Assembly: GCA_963713615.1 (NCBI GenBank) | Contig: CAVQMM010000001.1 | Span: 3,232,001-3,296,000, forward strand | DNA: 64,000 nt | Direction of reading: 5' to 3' | Origin: an uncultured Chlamydiae bacterium | GTDB lineage: Bacteria > Chlamydiota > Chlamydiia > Chlamydiales > JAJFMA01 | In this document: positions 1 through 10,480 of the stretch, piece after piece | Position numbering within the stretch: position 1 is the stretch's first letter | How the letters are laid out: every line of letters starts with the position of its first letter | Position numbers and translations under genes: made by a program | The notes under the pieces: generated by a model | What the model was told of the DNA's origin: nothing | The model's database searches: none | Seen by the model: only the letters and a program-made list of their open reading frames with translations

Positions 1-1125
1 TTGAGAGGAGAAGGAGGGCGTATCTGGGTCTATGGCGATGCCTCCAAGACGATCACCACTCCAGATGGTAAGACGATCCCCTGCGGGAAAACAGGCGAGC
101 CCTGGTACTTCCTGGAGGAGCTCTATCCCTCTTTTGGCAACCTTGTCCCTCGCGATATTGGCGCGCGCGAGATTTTGCGCGTTTGCCGCCTGGGCCTGGG
201 TGTTAATGGTGAGATGCAGGTTTACTTGGATGTTTCACAGCTACCCGAAAAGCGTCTTAAGAAGGTTGACTCCGTCTTAGATATCTATCAGAAATTCACC
301 GGGGATGATCCGCGCAAGGTTTCTATGCAGATCTTCCCTGCCGTCCATTACTCGATGGGCGGAGCGTGGGTTGACTGGCCGGCTATTGACGATCCAGACC
401 GCTGGGATCGCTATCGCCAAATGACAAATATCCCTGGATGTTTCAATGCCGGGGAATCCGACTACCAGTATCATGGAGCTAACCGTCTCGGCGCTAACTC
501 CCTCTTGTCCTGCATCTTTGCAGGCTTGGTGGCCGGTCTGGAGGTGCCTCGTTACCTGAAGACCCTCAAAAAGAGCTATCATGAGATCCCCTCAGCGCCT
601 TTTGAACGCGCATTACGTGCTGAAGAGGATCTAAAGCGTGACCTGATGGGTCGTCAGGGACCAGAAAACGTGCATAAGCTGCATGATGAACTAGCATGCT
701 TGCTCGTGCACAACTGCACCACCGAGCGCAATAATGAAGATCTGCGTAAGACCTTCGAAGCAATTAAGACCTTACGAGAGCGTTATCAGCGCATTTCCCT
801 CGATGACCGCACGCAGTTTGCCAATCAGACCTATATCTTCGCCAACCAGTTTAGGGCGATGCTGGAATTGGCCCTGGTTATTGTTAAGGGTGCTTTATTA
901 CGTGACGAATTCCGAGGGTCTCATTATAAACCCCAATTTCCCAAGCGCGATGATGAGAATTGGCTAAAGACGACGATCGCTACTTACGGTCTGGATGAGC
1001 CCATCATTACTTATGAACCTGTAGATATTCGTCATTTGGATCCGGTGCAACGCGATTACAGCACAGCTACCAAGAAGCAGTATAAGTTGAAAAACGTTCC
1101 GGCAGACATTCCATTGCCATTTTAG
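1..1125 (+). CDS. sdhA: Succinate dehydrogenase flavoprotein subunit (5' truncated by window edge)
   Basis: Motifs PAVHYSMGG, HGANRLGANSLL and RDEFRGSHY; adjacent to an Fe-S subunit gene. Confidence 0.95.
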   Translation: MRGEGGRIWVYGDASKTITTPDGKTIPCGKTGEPWYFLEELYPSFGNLVPRDIGAREILRVCRLGLGVNGEMQVYLDVSQLPEKRLKKVDSVLDIYQKFTGDDPRKVSMQIFPAVHYSMGGAWVDWPAIDDPDRWDRYRQMTNIPGCFNAGESDYQYHGANRLGANSLLSCIFAGLVAGLEVPRYLKTLKKSYHEIPSAPFERALRAEEDLKRDLMGRQGPENVHKLHDELACLLVHNCTTERNNEDLRKTFEAIKTLRERYQRISLDDRTQFANQTYIFANQFRAMLELALVIVKGALLRDEFRGSHYKPQFPKRDDENWLKTTIATYGLDEPIITYEPVDIRHLDPVQRDYSTATKKQYKLKNVPADIPLPF

Positions 1126-1135
1126 GACGACGGTT

Positions 1136-1906
1136 ATGGCTACTAAGTACACGTTGAAGATCTGGCGAGGCAATCCTGGCAAGCAATATTGGGAGGAGTT
1201 TGAGCTAGAGCTCGTTCCCATGGCCAATATCATCTCGTCGCTGATGCACATCCAGAAGCACCCATTCACCAAGACAGGTGAAAAGGTCACTCCCGTGGTA
1301 TGGGAACAGGGCTGCCTGGAGGAAGTGTGTGGCTCATGTTCTATGCTGATCAATGGCACGCCGCGTCAGGCCTGTACCGCTCTGATAGCTCCAATCCTTG
1401 AGAATACCGGCAACAGTACCATCACGGTGGCGCCACTGACGAAGTTCCCCTTAGTCCGAGATCTCATCGTCGACCGCAGCAGCATGTTCGAAAGCCTCAA
1501 ACGTGTCTCAGCTTGGATTGAAGCTGATGGAGCTTTTGACCGCGGTCCAGGACCAAAGATCAGTCAGCAAAAACAAGAAATACGGTATGTCCTTTCGACT
1601 TGCATGACCTGTGGGTGCTGCTCAGAGTCCTGTCCACAGGTCAATAAGCACACCAAATTTGTGGGACCAGCAACCATCTCCCAGGTGCGCCTCTTTAACT
1701 CACATCCCACGGGACATATGCAAGCAGCTAAGCGCCTCAGGCCTTTGATGGAGTCCGGAGGTATCAGCGACTGCGGCAATGCGCAGAATTGTGTGCGGGT
1801 GTGTCCCAAGAAAATTCCACTCACCGACGCTATAGCATCTATCGGACGCGATACCACGCTGCAAGCCTTTAGAGACCTGTTTAGCTTCCCCGACCGAGAA
1901 CCATAG
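1136..1906 (+). CDS. sdhB: Succinate dehydrogenase iron-sulfur subunit
   Basis: Cys clusters CLEEVCGSC, CMTCGCCSESCP and CGNAQNCVRVCP. Confidence 0.95.
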   Translation: MATKYTLKIWRGNPGKQYWEEFELELVPMANIISSLMHIQKHPFTKTGEKVTPVVWEQGCLEEVCGSCSMLINGTPRQACTALIAPILENTGNSTITVAPLTKFPLVRDLIVDRSSMFESLKRVSAWIEADGAFDRGPGPKISQQKQEIRYVLSTCMTCGCCSESCPQVNKHTKFVGPATISQVRLFNSHPTGHMQAAKRLRPLMESGGISDCGNAQNCVRVCPKKIPLTDAIASIGRDTTLQAFRDLFSFPDREP

Positions 1907-1907
1907 C

Positions 1908-2240
1908 CACGGATTTAGGATTTAGGAGTAACACGGATGCACACGGATCTAGGAGGATTTAGGATTTAGGAGTAACACGGATGCACACGGATCTAGGAGG
2001 ATTTAGGATTTAGGAGTAACACGGATGCACACGGATCTAGGAGGATTTAGGAGGATCGGATGGCAGTTGCGGTCTATCCATCACACGGATCTAGGAGGAT
2101 TTAGGATGAAATGGAATTGATTTTATGTTGATCCATCATCCTAAAATCACTTTTATCGTTTTAGAATGATGGACTGGTTTTTTCCATCCGATCCTCCTAA
2201 ATCCTCCTAAATCCGTGTGCATCCGTGTTACTCCTAAAAA
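1908..2240. repeat. Repeat family C: inverted-arm element whose left arm has three tandem 44-bp units
   Basis: tttaggagtaacacggatgcacacggatctaggagga starts at 1921, 1965 and 2009; inverted arm ...atccgtgtgcatccgtgttactcctaaa at ~2190-2238. Confidence 0.9.
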
Positions 2241-2335
2241 GCCACACAAACCATAGCTTCTGATGTGGCGCTTCTATTTTTTTCCGGTTTGGCTCATGAT
2301 AGGGGATTAGTGTCTTCACGGAATAAATATACCCT

Positions 2336-3925
2336 ATGTCCCAGCCCGATCCTTATCAGCTCGTTGATTTTCCTTCCGCCGCAGCCTCACCCAACTACCG
2401 ACTATCCTTGCTCTGCCTGTTGTTGATCAAAGCAGCCTTGATGGTCTACGTCATCATCTTCTCAGGCATTGGCCTGGGACCTGATGAAGCCCAATATTGG
2501 ACCTGGAGCCAACACCTCGATTGGGCCTATTACAGTAAGCCGCCGGGTATTGCCTGGGAAATTTTCCTTGGAACCTACTTGTTTGGCAGCACGGAGATTG
2601 GTGTTCGCTTCGGAGCCCTTGGAATAGGTTTTCTGCTCCCTTGGGCTACCTATTACCTTGCCAAGAGCTGTGGCTTGCGCAGTGCAACAGCCTTCTGGGC
2701 CGGTACAATCATGGCAGCATCTCCCTTGGGAATCCTAGCTTCCCTATTTGCTACCACTGACGGTGGATTTGTTTTGTTCTGGACCGTAGGTCTGGCGATA
2801 GCCATGTCCGGGGTAAGACGCCAAACTTCGCCGAACTACGTCTTGATCGGACTATGCATCCTGTGCGGAGGCCTATTTAAATGGACCACTTTTACCCTAT
2901 GGGGTGTCATTGCCGCCATCGCATACTTTTTGCCTCATTGGCGCAATTGGAAGCTCATTCCGGGAGTGATCATCTCACTTCTGGCATTCATTCCTAGCAT
3001 CATCTGGAATTCGACGCATCAATGGGCAACCTTTCGGCATGTTTGGTCCACGAATATCGTGGGGCAGAAGACTTCGCTGATTCCCTTTAGCGGCAATTTG
3101 TTCGACTTCCTTGGCGCTCAGGTAGGCCTTTTCTCACCGATCTTTGCCGTCTTGCTGGTCCTCGCCTACATCACTATTTGGAAACAAAAAGCCAAAGTCC
3201 CTCTTCCAATCGCTTTTTGCGGTTACATCAGCGCTACCATCTTTCTGGTCTATCTTTTCTTGAGCCTATTCAAGAAAATGCAAGGCAACTGGTGTGTCTA
3301 CGCTTATGCACCAGCAATGGTGACGGTCTGCTGGTATGCTTGCGACTGGTTGTTATCTGGCAAGCCGTGGCTGTTCGCCGGGACATTGCTCAGCGCTTTT
3401 TTTACCGCTGTGACCCTCTGTATACCAAATATTCAAGCTAACAACAATGGTGGTACCTTCGCGTTGCCTTATAGCATGAATCCTTTTCAGCATAATCTAG
3501 GATGGAAACGCCTGGAGAAAGAGCTGCGGGTATCTAACTTTGATCCCGATCAAGATTTTCTCTTCGGCAGCCGATATCAGACTACCAGCATTCTAAGCTT
3601 TTACAATGAAGAACAAAAGCGCGCTTACTTCTTCAATGTGGATCAGAACCGCAAAAATCAGTTTTCCTACTGGCCCGGGATGGAGGAGGAACAAATAGGA
3701 CACACCGGTTTCTTTGTAGAGGTAGAAAACGGCAAACAGGTTGATGAGCCGCTAGGACCAAAGGTCCGCCGTGTTAAAACTATGCTACGACCCTACTTCC
3801 GTCAGGTTCAGTTTCTTGGACGTCGCCCCCTCTTCACTGCAAATGACAAAATCGTCAAAAACGCGTTGATCTTCCAATGCTTCGAATATAATGGTTCAGC
3901 CCCTGAAGACTCCCAAAAATACTGA
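2336..3925 (+). CDS. Glycosyltransferase family 39 (ArnT/PMT-like) membrane protein
   Basis: PDEAQYWTWS...YYSKPP N-terminal motif, many TM segments, KWT motif. Confidence 0.8.
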   Translation: MSQPDPYQLVDFPSAAASPNYRLSLLCLLLIKAALMVYVIIFSGIGLGPDEAQYWTWSQHLDWAYYSKPPGIAWEIFLGTYLFGSTEIGVRFGALGIGFLLPWATYYLAKSCGLRSATAFWAGTIMAASPLGILASLFATTDGGFVLFWTVGLAIAMSGVRRQTSPNYVLIGLCILCGGLFKWTTFTLWGVIAAIAYFLPHWRNWKLIPGVIISLLAFIPSIIWNSTHQWATFRHVWSTNIVGQKTSLIPFSGNLFDFLGAQVGLFSPIFAVLLVLAYITIWKQKAKVPLPIAFCGYISATIFLVYLFLSLFKKMQGNWCVYAYAPAMVTVCWYACDWLLSGKPWLFAGTLLSAFFTAVTLCIPNIQANNNGGTFALPYSMNPFQHNLGWKRLEKELRVSNFDPDQDFLFGSRYQTTSILSFYNEEQKRAYFFNVDQNRKNQFSYWPGMEEEQIGHTGFFVEVENGKQVDEPLGPKVRRVKTMLRPYFRQVQFLGRRPLFTANDKIVKNALIFQCFEYNGSAPEDSQKY

Positions 3926-4192
3926 CACGGATTTAGGAGTAACACGGATGCACACGGATCTAGGAGGATAGGATTTGTTGGTTGGGTGCACTTCTCACCT
4001 GAAACCATTTTTAGAGTCTGTTATCTTAAAAACCAAATTTTATTGTTTTAGATTGACGAACCGTATTTGCCATCCAATCCTCCTAGATCCTCCTAGATCC
4101 GTGTGCATCCGTGTTAATCCTAAAAAGCTGAACGAACCGTATTTGCCATCCTATCCTCCTAGATCCGTGCTGTGTTGCTTTAGATCCGTGGC
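3925..4192. repeat. Repeat family C copy
   Basis: Same arms (ggatttaggagtaacacggatgcacacggatc / gatccgtgtgcatccgtgttaatcctaaa); right arm partly duplicated. Confidence 0.9.
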
Positions 4193-4224
4193 TCAAAAAT
4201 AGAGCTTCTGCTATAGTCAGATTA

Positions 4225-4404
4225 GCTGTCGATAGGGCATCCCTGATTGGATGATACGCTCGTCAACGATATATTTTGTTTAAGGGATCATGACGTCAGC
4301 GCATGAGGCTTTTCGCGGTATATCCCTGAAGAACTCAGCTCTGGGAAGTGAACCCACCTTTACAAGCCTGTTGAAGGCGCCCCTTTCAGACCCCTAACGA
4401 CAGC
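4225..4404 (+). ncRNA. ssrS: Probable 6S RNA
   Basis: About 180 nt, non-coding; ends pair (gctgtcg-ataggg / cccctaa-cgacagc; cgc..tcaac / gttga..gcg). The 3' segment tgaacc...ttacaagcctg...ggc resembles the 6S consensus as I recall it. Extended -10 TGcTATAGT lies just upstream. Confidence 0.6.
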
Positions 4405-4408
4405 CCTT

Positions 4409-5128
4409 CTATTGTGGTATAATCGCCGTAGCCTGACGATGTGGACGTGCCATTATCTCATCAAAGTTTGTTGGGTCCGCGTCAATCACATGAAAATAGT
4501 GTGCCAATTGCTGTGGAATGCTGTTTAGAAAGCTTTGGGGACAAGGTAAATGGTCGCGAAGGCGGCAGAGGAACATTTCGTGAGGCCTCTCTCCGCGATA
4601 CCCCGGCCGGCGGCTAGGCATCAACAAGTAGTTCATCTGATCCATATCGTAGTCCCACAACAACGTGCTGTGATGCAACCAGCGATCCTTGCGCAAGTAC
4701 TGAGCATTGCCACCAAATTTGTGATCGCCTAGCACATAGTCATTTTCGCGCAAACAAAACAACCCTTCAGGCAGCAATGGAGCATAGAGCTGCTCCGTCC
4801 AACGCATAATGGGCTCAGGATAACAGGGCGAAATCGGCAGGGCGTCATGCCGACAGATAAACGTGACGAAAAGCGTATTTGCATCCACCATCACCGTGCC
4901 ACCGCCACTGAAGCGACGCACCACTGGGATAGGACTCTTCTGCAGAAGCGCAAGGTTGAGGAGCTCCTCGCTTTTGCCGGAGATGCCCATCACAATTGCC
5001 TTTGGAGATCCATGATTTAGGATGCACCAATTGCCATCGTCTGCGCGAATAAGAGCCTCTTCAAGACGCAACTGCTCCCAAATGGGGTAGCTCTGCAGGT
5101 AAATACATCTAATTTCAGGCCTACTCAT
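4409..5128 (-). CDS. lplA: Lipoate-protein ligase A family protein
   Basis: RRFSGGGTV, KFGGNAQ and HHSTLL motifs; follows mnmG as in chlamydiae. Confidence 0.85.
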   Translation of the reverse strand: MSRPEIRCIYLQSYPIWEQLRLEEALIRADDGNWCILNHGSPKAIVMGISGKSEELLNLALLQKSPIPVVRRFSGGGTVMVDANTLFVTFICRHDALPISPCYPEPIMRWTEQLYAPLLPEGLFCLRENDYVLGDHKFGGNAQYLRKDRWLHHSTLLWDYDMDQMNYLLMPSRRPGYRGERPHEMFLCRLRDHLPCPQSFLNSIPQQLAHYFHVIDADPTNFDEIMARPHRQATAIIPQ

Positions 5129-5135
5129 AAATTTA

Positions 5136-6974
5136 CTATGAGGGCAAATCCGATTTTTTTGTGAGTGTGATCATCAAAATAGAGAGATCTGCCGGCGATA
5201 CCCCCGAGATGCGAGAGGCTTGTCCCAGGTTTTCAGGATGATGATGAGACAGCTTCTGCCTCGCCTCCGCTCGTAGTCCGATCACTGAACTGAAGTCAAA
5301 CCCCTTAGGAATCGTGACCTTTTCGATGTGGCGCAGCTTATTCACTTCTAGTTGCTGCCGTTCCACATATCCAGAATACTTTAGGTTGAGTTCTAGCTGG
5401 AAGTTGACGTCTGAACCATGGTCCAGCACAGCCTCGGGGAAATCACCCTTCAGTGACTCATAGCTATTTTCGGGTCGGCACAACAGCTGGGCTAAGCTGT
5501 AACCGCGCCCATCGACCTGACGGAAGGTCGTCTGCAGACGCCTGGTTTCCTCGGCGATGAGCTGACGCTTAGCCTCTAAGGCAGCGTAGCGTGTGCTGTC
5601 GACGATGCCTAGTTCATAGCCATAGTGTCTTAGACGCAGGTCAGCATTGTCCTGACGCAGCAGTAAGCGGTATTCTGCACGGCTGGTGAACATGCGATAG
5701 GGCTCGTCGAGACCCTTGGTGACCAGATCGTCGATCATCACACCAATGTAAGCCTCAGAGCGGCTTAAAACGAGTGCAGGTTTGCCTAACACCTTGTTGG
5801 CAGCGTTGATGCCTGCCATCAAGCCCTGTGCAGCAGCCTCTTCGTAGCCTGTAGTCCCATTGATCTGACCCGCGAAGAACAAACCTTCGACAGCCTTCGC
5901 CTCCAAAGATGCCTGAATCTGACCGCTGATCAAATAGTCATACTCGATAGCATAAGCTGCGCGCATGATTTCCGCATTGCGCAACGCAGGAATACTTCTC
6001 AAAAACTGATATTGAACATCTAGCGGTAGTGAAGAGGATATGCCGTTGGTGTAAATCTCATCCGTTTGCAACCCTTCAGGTTCTAGGAAAATCTGGTGAC
6101 GCTCTTTATCGGCAAAACGGACCACTTTATCTTCAATCGATGGACAGTAGCGCGGTCCGATGCTTTGAATCCTTCCTGAATACATCGGCGATCGATGAAT
6201 ATTTTCTAGGATGATCCTCTTAGTCTCTTCGGTCGTATAGGTAATATGGCACGACACCTGAGGCATACGAGCGCCTTCCGGAGCATCATAACTAAAGCGG
6301 ACGTCATCATCGCCAGGCTGTTCTTCGGTTAAAGACCAGTCGATCGAGCGACGGTGAATGCGTGGGGGAGTGCCCGTTTTGAGGCGACCCAGTTTGAACT
6401 CGTAGTTGCTAAGGCTTTCCGACAACGCCACAGAAGGCATGCATCCCGCACGGCCACCGGAAAAATTGGTCTCGCCGATATGCAACAAGCCACGCAGGAA
6501 GGTGCCCGAGCTAATGATCAAGCATTGTGTCTCATATTGCACACCTTCTTTGGTGATGACGTGGGCAATGCGACCATTCTCCACGCGTAGATCATCTAAG
6601 GTCCCCTGCATCAGAAAGAGGTTTGGAGTAAGCTCCAGGCGGCGCTTCATCTCGGCGGCGTAGGCAGCTTTGTCGGCTTGAGCCCGCGGAGCCCACACAG
6701 CAGGGCCTTTGGAACGATTTAGCATGCGGAACTGGATTCCTGTCGCTTCGATGACCTTGCCCATCTCGCCGCCAAGAGCATCGATTTCACGAACCAACTG
6801 CCCTTTGGCCGTACCCCCAACAGCGGGGTTGCAGCTCATCTTGGCGATGGTATCGAGATTCATCGTTAAAACAAGCGTTTTGGCGCCCATACGTGCCGAT
6901 GCTAAGGCAGCTTCACAACCAGCGTGGCCGGCGCCCATCACGATGACATCAAACTTTTCAGGATATTTCCACAT
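5136..6974 (-). CDS. mnmG: tRNA uridine-5-carboxymethylaminomethyl modification enzyme MnmG/GidA
   Basis: GAGHAGCEAA, SCNPAVGG, GPRYCPSIEDK, AGQINGTTGYEEAAAQG; ATG at 6974 (alternative GTG at 6980). Confidence 0.97.
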   Translation of the reverse strand: MWKYPEKFDVIVMGAGHAGCEAALASARMGAKTLVLTMNLDTIAKMSCNPAVGGTAKGQLVREIDALGGEMGKVIEATGIQFRMLNRSKGPAVWAPRAQADKAAYAAEMKRRLELTPNLFLMQGTLDDLRVENGRIAHVITKEGVQYETQCLIISSGTFLRGLLHIGETNFSGGRAGCMPSVALSESLSNYEFKLGRLKTGTPPRIHRRSIDWSLTEEQPGDDDVRFSYDAPEGARMPQVSCHITYTTEETKRIILENIHRSPMYSGRIQSIGPRYCPSIEDKVVRFADKERHQIFLEPEGLQTDEIYTNGISSSLPLDVQYQFLRSIPALRNAEIMRAAYAIEYDYLISGQIQASLEAKAVEGLFFAGQINGTTGYEEAAAQGLMAGINAANKVLGKPALVLSRSEAYIGVMIDDLVTKGLDEPYRMFTSRAEYRLLLRQDNADLRLRHYGYELGIVDSTRYAALEAKRQLIAEETRRLQTTFRQVDGRGYSLAQLLCRPENSYESLKGDFPEAVLDHGSDVNFQLELNLKYSGYVERQQLEVNKLRHIEKVTIPKGFDFSSVIGLRAEARQKLSHHHPENLGQASRISGVSPADLSILMITLTKKSDLPS

Positions 6975-7065
6975 AGTCACTTATGAACGGTACATTGCAT
7001 TAAACCTGCGGCAACCCGCTGTACCAGCTCCAGTGCCAGGACGAATGAAAAAGAAAGGATAACTT

Positions 7066-7102
7066 AGGAACTACGCAAAGGATAACCTTTGCGCAGTTCT
7101 TA
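7066..7102 (-). terminator. Hairpin downstream of the small basic ORF
   Basis: aggaactacgcaaagg-ataa-cctttgcgcagttctt inverted repeat. Confidence 0.5.
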
Positions 7103-7106
7103 TGCA

Positions 7107-7196
7107 CTACCTTGTCTTATGACGATCACGGCGGCTGCGTTTTTTACGCTTGTGCTTTGCAATTTTCTTGCGTCTCTTCTTCTTAACAGAAGACAT
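7107..7196 (-). CDS. 29-aa basic protein, AURKAIP1/COX24 (bS22-like small ribosomal protein) family
   Basis: Manual translation MSSVKKKRRKKIAKHKRKKRSRRDRHKTR; GGGAGA RBS upstream; absent from the ORF track. Confidence 0.8.
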   Translation of the reverse strand: MSSVKKKRRKKIAKHKRKKRSRRDRHKTR

Positions 7197-7292
7197 AAAT
7201 TCTCCCTTGCAGCGCGTGCATCAACGCACGCCTCGGTACAATAGTTGGCATCTAGTAAGGCACCAAGTGTAGCGATTCCTCGAAAATAAGTA

Positions 7293-7640
7293 AAGAGGAG
7301 AGAGAGGAACTCGGAATTTTTACCACAGAGAACACCGAGACGCCGAGATAGGAGAGAGAGGAAAAAAAGGTTTTTAGCAACAACACGAGGCTTTGTCCAT
7401 GCTGTGTAAGTCCAATCAGTCCAGTTCGTCCATTAATGTCCATTCAGATTTAGGAGTAACACGGATGCACACGGATCTAGGAGGATTTAGGAGGATAGGA
7501 TGGGAATGTGGTTCGTTCATTTAAAACAATAAAAATGGTTTTAGGCGCGAAGTGAATGATTTTTGCAGTCCAATCCTTTTTTCCAAATCCTAATCCTCCT
7601 AAATCCTCCTAGATCCGTGTGCATCCGTGTTACTCCTAGC
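7293..7640. repeat. Stacked repeats: family D arm (7293-7368), gtcc-type short repeats (~7395-7445), family C element (7447-7640)
   Basis: ggaatttttaccacagagaacaccgagacgccgagataggagagag; tttaggagtaacacggatgcacacggatc ... gatccgtgtgcatccgtgttactccta. Confidence 0.85.
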
Positions 7641-7642
7641 TC

Positions 7643-9085
7643 CTATTCGTCGCCATAGGTGCCAGGAGGAGGTTCATCGCTATCACCAGCGCCTGTCCAG
7701 CTCGACAAACTATGAAACTGCGCCAGCTCTTTACGGAAGGCTAGATTCACCGTGCCAATGGCTCCATGACGGTTTTTGGCGACGATACATTCAGCTTGTC
7801 CAGGCTTGTCATGCGGGTCGTAGTATTCGCGTCGGAAGAGAAAGAGAATCACGTCAGCGTCTTGTTCAATGGAGCCGGATTCACGCAGGTCACTCATAAT
7901 AGGGCGGTGGCCAATACGTTCTTCGACCTTTCGAGATAGCTGGGACAGGCAGATAACGGGTATATTCAGCTCCCTCGCCAAATTTTTCAGTAGACGAGAG
8001 ATCTCTGAAATCTCGCTCTGGCGGTTTTCAGGACCACGCCCTGAGCCACCCCCAGAAAGCAATTGCAAGTAGTCGATGACCAGCAGCTCGATACCATAGG
8101 CCTCTTTCATGCGTCGAGCGCGCGCACGTAGGTCGTTGACATTGAGGCCGGGCTGGTCGTCAATCACCATGTTATGGTTTTTGATGCGCTCAACACACGC
8201 ATAGATCTGTTGGTATTCCTGGCCGTTGAGGGAGCCCCGCTTGATTTTGTCGGACTCTACCTCGGACTGTGAGCAGATCAATCGATGCACAAGCTGCTCA
8301 GCGCTCATTTCTAGGGAGAAGATCCCTACGGGCATGCCACCTTTGAAACAAACATTCTCCGCGATATTGATGGCTAGAGCCGTCTTACCCATCGCCGGAC
8401 GTGCAGCTAAGATGAGGAGATTGGACTTGCCTAAACCGTTAATCATTTTATCGAGGTCGATGAAGTGTGTCGGAACACCCGTGACACCAGGATCTTCAGG
8501 ACCTAAGGTATTGAAACGGTCTTGGCGTTGCTCAAGCTCTTTCAAGAATGGCAGCTTCGATTCGCTTTTGGTACCATCGAGGACTTGACGCAGAAGGACA
8601 CCATCTCTGCCGTGCGCTTGCTGTCCGATTTGGAAAAAGAGCTGCTGAGCACTATCCAAAGCAGTAAGCACATGATCCGGTTCTTCGAGGGCGGTGGTCT
8701 CGATGACCTGAGCGGCATGGATCATCCGCCTTAAGAGAGCTTTATTATGTACAAGCGAAGCATACTCTTCGATATGTGCGGATGTACCCGCGTATTGGGC
8801 TAGTGTGGTAAGATACCCCACACCACCAACAGCAGAGAGAAGATCTTGCCTCTTGAGCTCTTCAGCCACCAAATGTACATCGACAGGCAAGTCCTTCTTG
8901 TAGGCTTCCTTAAGAATTCGATACACCAGCTTATGTTCATTGTAGTAAAAGTCGCTGTCGTCGAGCATCCCAGCACTGATGTTTAGGGCGTTGATGCTTG
9001 TCAGCATGCAACCCAGAACCATCATCTCAGATTCTTTGGAATTTGGCGGACTCTTGAGCTTCGCTTTGGCCTCAGACATAATCAC
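7643..9085 (-). CDS. dnaB: Replicative DNA helicase
   Basis: AARPAMGKT Walker A, IDYLQL, LSQLSR, DLRESGSIEQDAD, KNRHG. Confidence 0.97.
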   Translation of the reverse strand: MIMSEAKAKLKSPPNSKESEMMVLGCMLTSINALNISAGMLDDSDFYYNEHKLVYRILKEAYKKDLPVDVHLVAEELKRQDLLSAVGGVGYLTTLAQYAGTSAHIEEYASLVHNKALLRRMIHAAQVIETTALEEPDHVLTALDSAQQLFFQIGQQAHGRDGVLLRQVLDGTKSESKLPFLKELEQRQDRFNTLGPEDPGVTGVPTHFIDLDKMINGLGKSNLLILAARPAMGKTALAINIAENVCFKGGMPVGIFSLEMSAEQLVHRLICSQSEVESDKIKRGSLNGQEYQQIYACVERIKNHNMVIDDQPGLNVNDLRARARRMKEAYGIELLVIDYLQLLSGGGSGRGPENRQSEISEISRLLKNLARELNIPVICLSQLSRKVEERIGHRPIMSDLRESGSIEQDADVILFLFRREYYDPHDKPGQAECIVAKNRHGAIGTVNLAFRKELAQFHSLSSWTGAGDSDEPPPGTYGDE

Positions 9086-9227
9086 ATAATTTGGGGTTAG
9101 AATGGCGGTTGACGGAGGAAAACCTTACTGCAAATCGACACAAAAAGTCCAGACCAGCGTTTTGTGTAGGGCGCAGTTCGTGAGATTTTTGGTTCTTGCA
9201 AAGCGCCCCCAATTCTTCACAAGAACC

Positions 9228-10229
9228 TCATTTTTCGATGACTTGCATCATCGCTTCCGTACCTCGAGCTCCCTTAACGCCTCCGGGAGGAACGATCTGA
9301 TCCAGAACCTTGAGGTCGTTAGGGGTGAGCTCGACTTGTACAGCCGCAACGTTTTCTTCCAGATACCGAATGCGTCGTGTTCCGGGAATGGGGATGATGT
9401 CATCACCTTGGGCGAGCACCCACGCTAGGGCTAACTGAGCTGCTGTGCACCCCTTGGACGCTGCAAGCTTTTCAAGGGCAGCAACCTGTTGAATATTCAC
9501 TTCGAAATTTTGTTCCTGAAACCAGGGGAGGTGGCGGCGAAAATCATCCTCCGCTAGGTCTCTGACCTGCTTGATCTTCCCGGTTAACAGGCCGCGACCC
9601 AGGGGGCTGAAGGCCACAAAAGAGATCCCTAATTCACGGCATGTTTCCAGAACTTTTCGTTCAGGTTCGCGTGTCCAGAGGGAATATTCGCTTTGTAGCG
9701 CCGTGATGGGATGGATGGCATTAGCGCGTCGTATCGTTTCTGGCGAAGCCTCGGACAATCCAAGGTAACGTACCTTTCCCTCTTTTACCAGCGCTGCCAT
9801 CGCCCCTACCGTTTCTTCAATGGGCGTCTTTGGGTCCACACGATGTTGATAGTAGAGGTCAATGGTGTCGATTCCAAGGCGTTTCAGGCTGGCTTCGCAG
9901 CAGCTGCGCACGTAGTCCGGCTTACCGCAGACATCGCGTTTTTGTGGATCAGGGTTCAGCACGAAACCGAATTTTGTCGCCACAATGACATGATCGCGCT
10001 GATCACGGATAGCTCTGCCGACCAGCTCTTCATTGCGACCTTGACCATACATATCGGCGGTATCTAGGAAGTTGATACCTAGATCCAAAGCGCGCTGAAG
10101 GGTTGCTGCGGACTCCGCGTCGTTACGTGGACCATAGAAATCCGACATACCCATGCAACCCAATCCTAAAGCGGAAACGTGAAGACTGCTGTGTCCTAGC
10201 GTACGTGTGGGCACTTTTGATGAGGCCAT
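9228..10229 (-). CDS. Aldo/keto reductase
   Basis: [29 protein letters not shown]. Confidence 0.93.
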   Translation of the reverse strand: MASSKVPTRTLGHSSLHVSALGLGCMGMSDFYGPRNDAESAATLQRALDLGINFLDTADMYGQGRNEELVGRAIRDQRDHVIVATKFGFVLNPDPQKRDVCGKPDYVRSCCEASLKRLGIDTIDLYYQHRVDPKTPIEETVGAMAALVKEGKVRYLGLSEASPETIRRANAIHPITALQSEYSLWTREPERKVLETCRELGISFVAFSPLGRGLLTGKIKQVRDLAEDDFRRHLPWFQEQNFEVNIQQVAALEKLAASKGCTAAQLALAWVLAQGDDIIPIPGTRRIRYLEENVAAVQVELTPNDLKVLDQIVPPGGVKGARGTEAMMQVIEK

Positions 10230-10480
10230 GATCTCTCCTGTGATGAAAATTTATTGGAGTTACCGTAGCATAACGCGTACGAATTATGCAAATCAGGTGA
10301 ACGAATGCCCCGCAGTGGATAACCATAAATATTGTATTAAGCAGAGATTATAACACTGTTAAGAATTGTATTTCAGAGGTGTTTTGCACAAATCGTGGAC
10401 TGTAAAAATGGGAAAACGGTATACCGCTTTAGTAAAAATCGCAGAAAAATAGTAAAGATATAAAGGTTGAAGGGGGAGCT

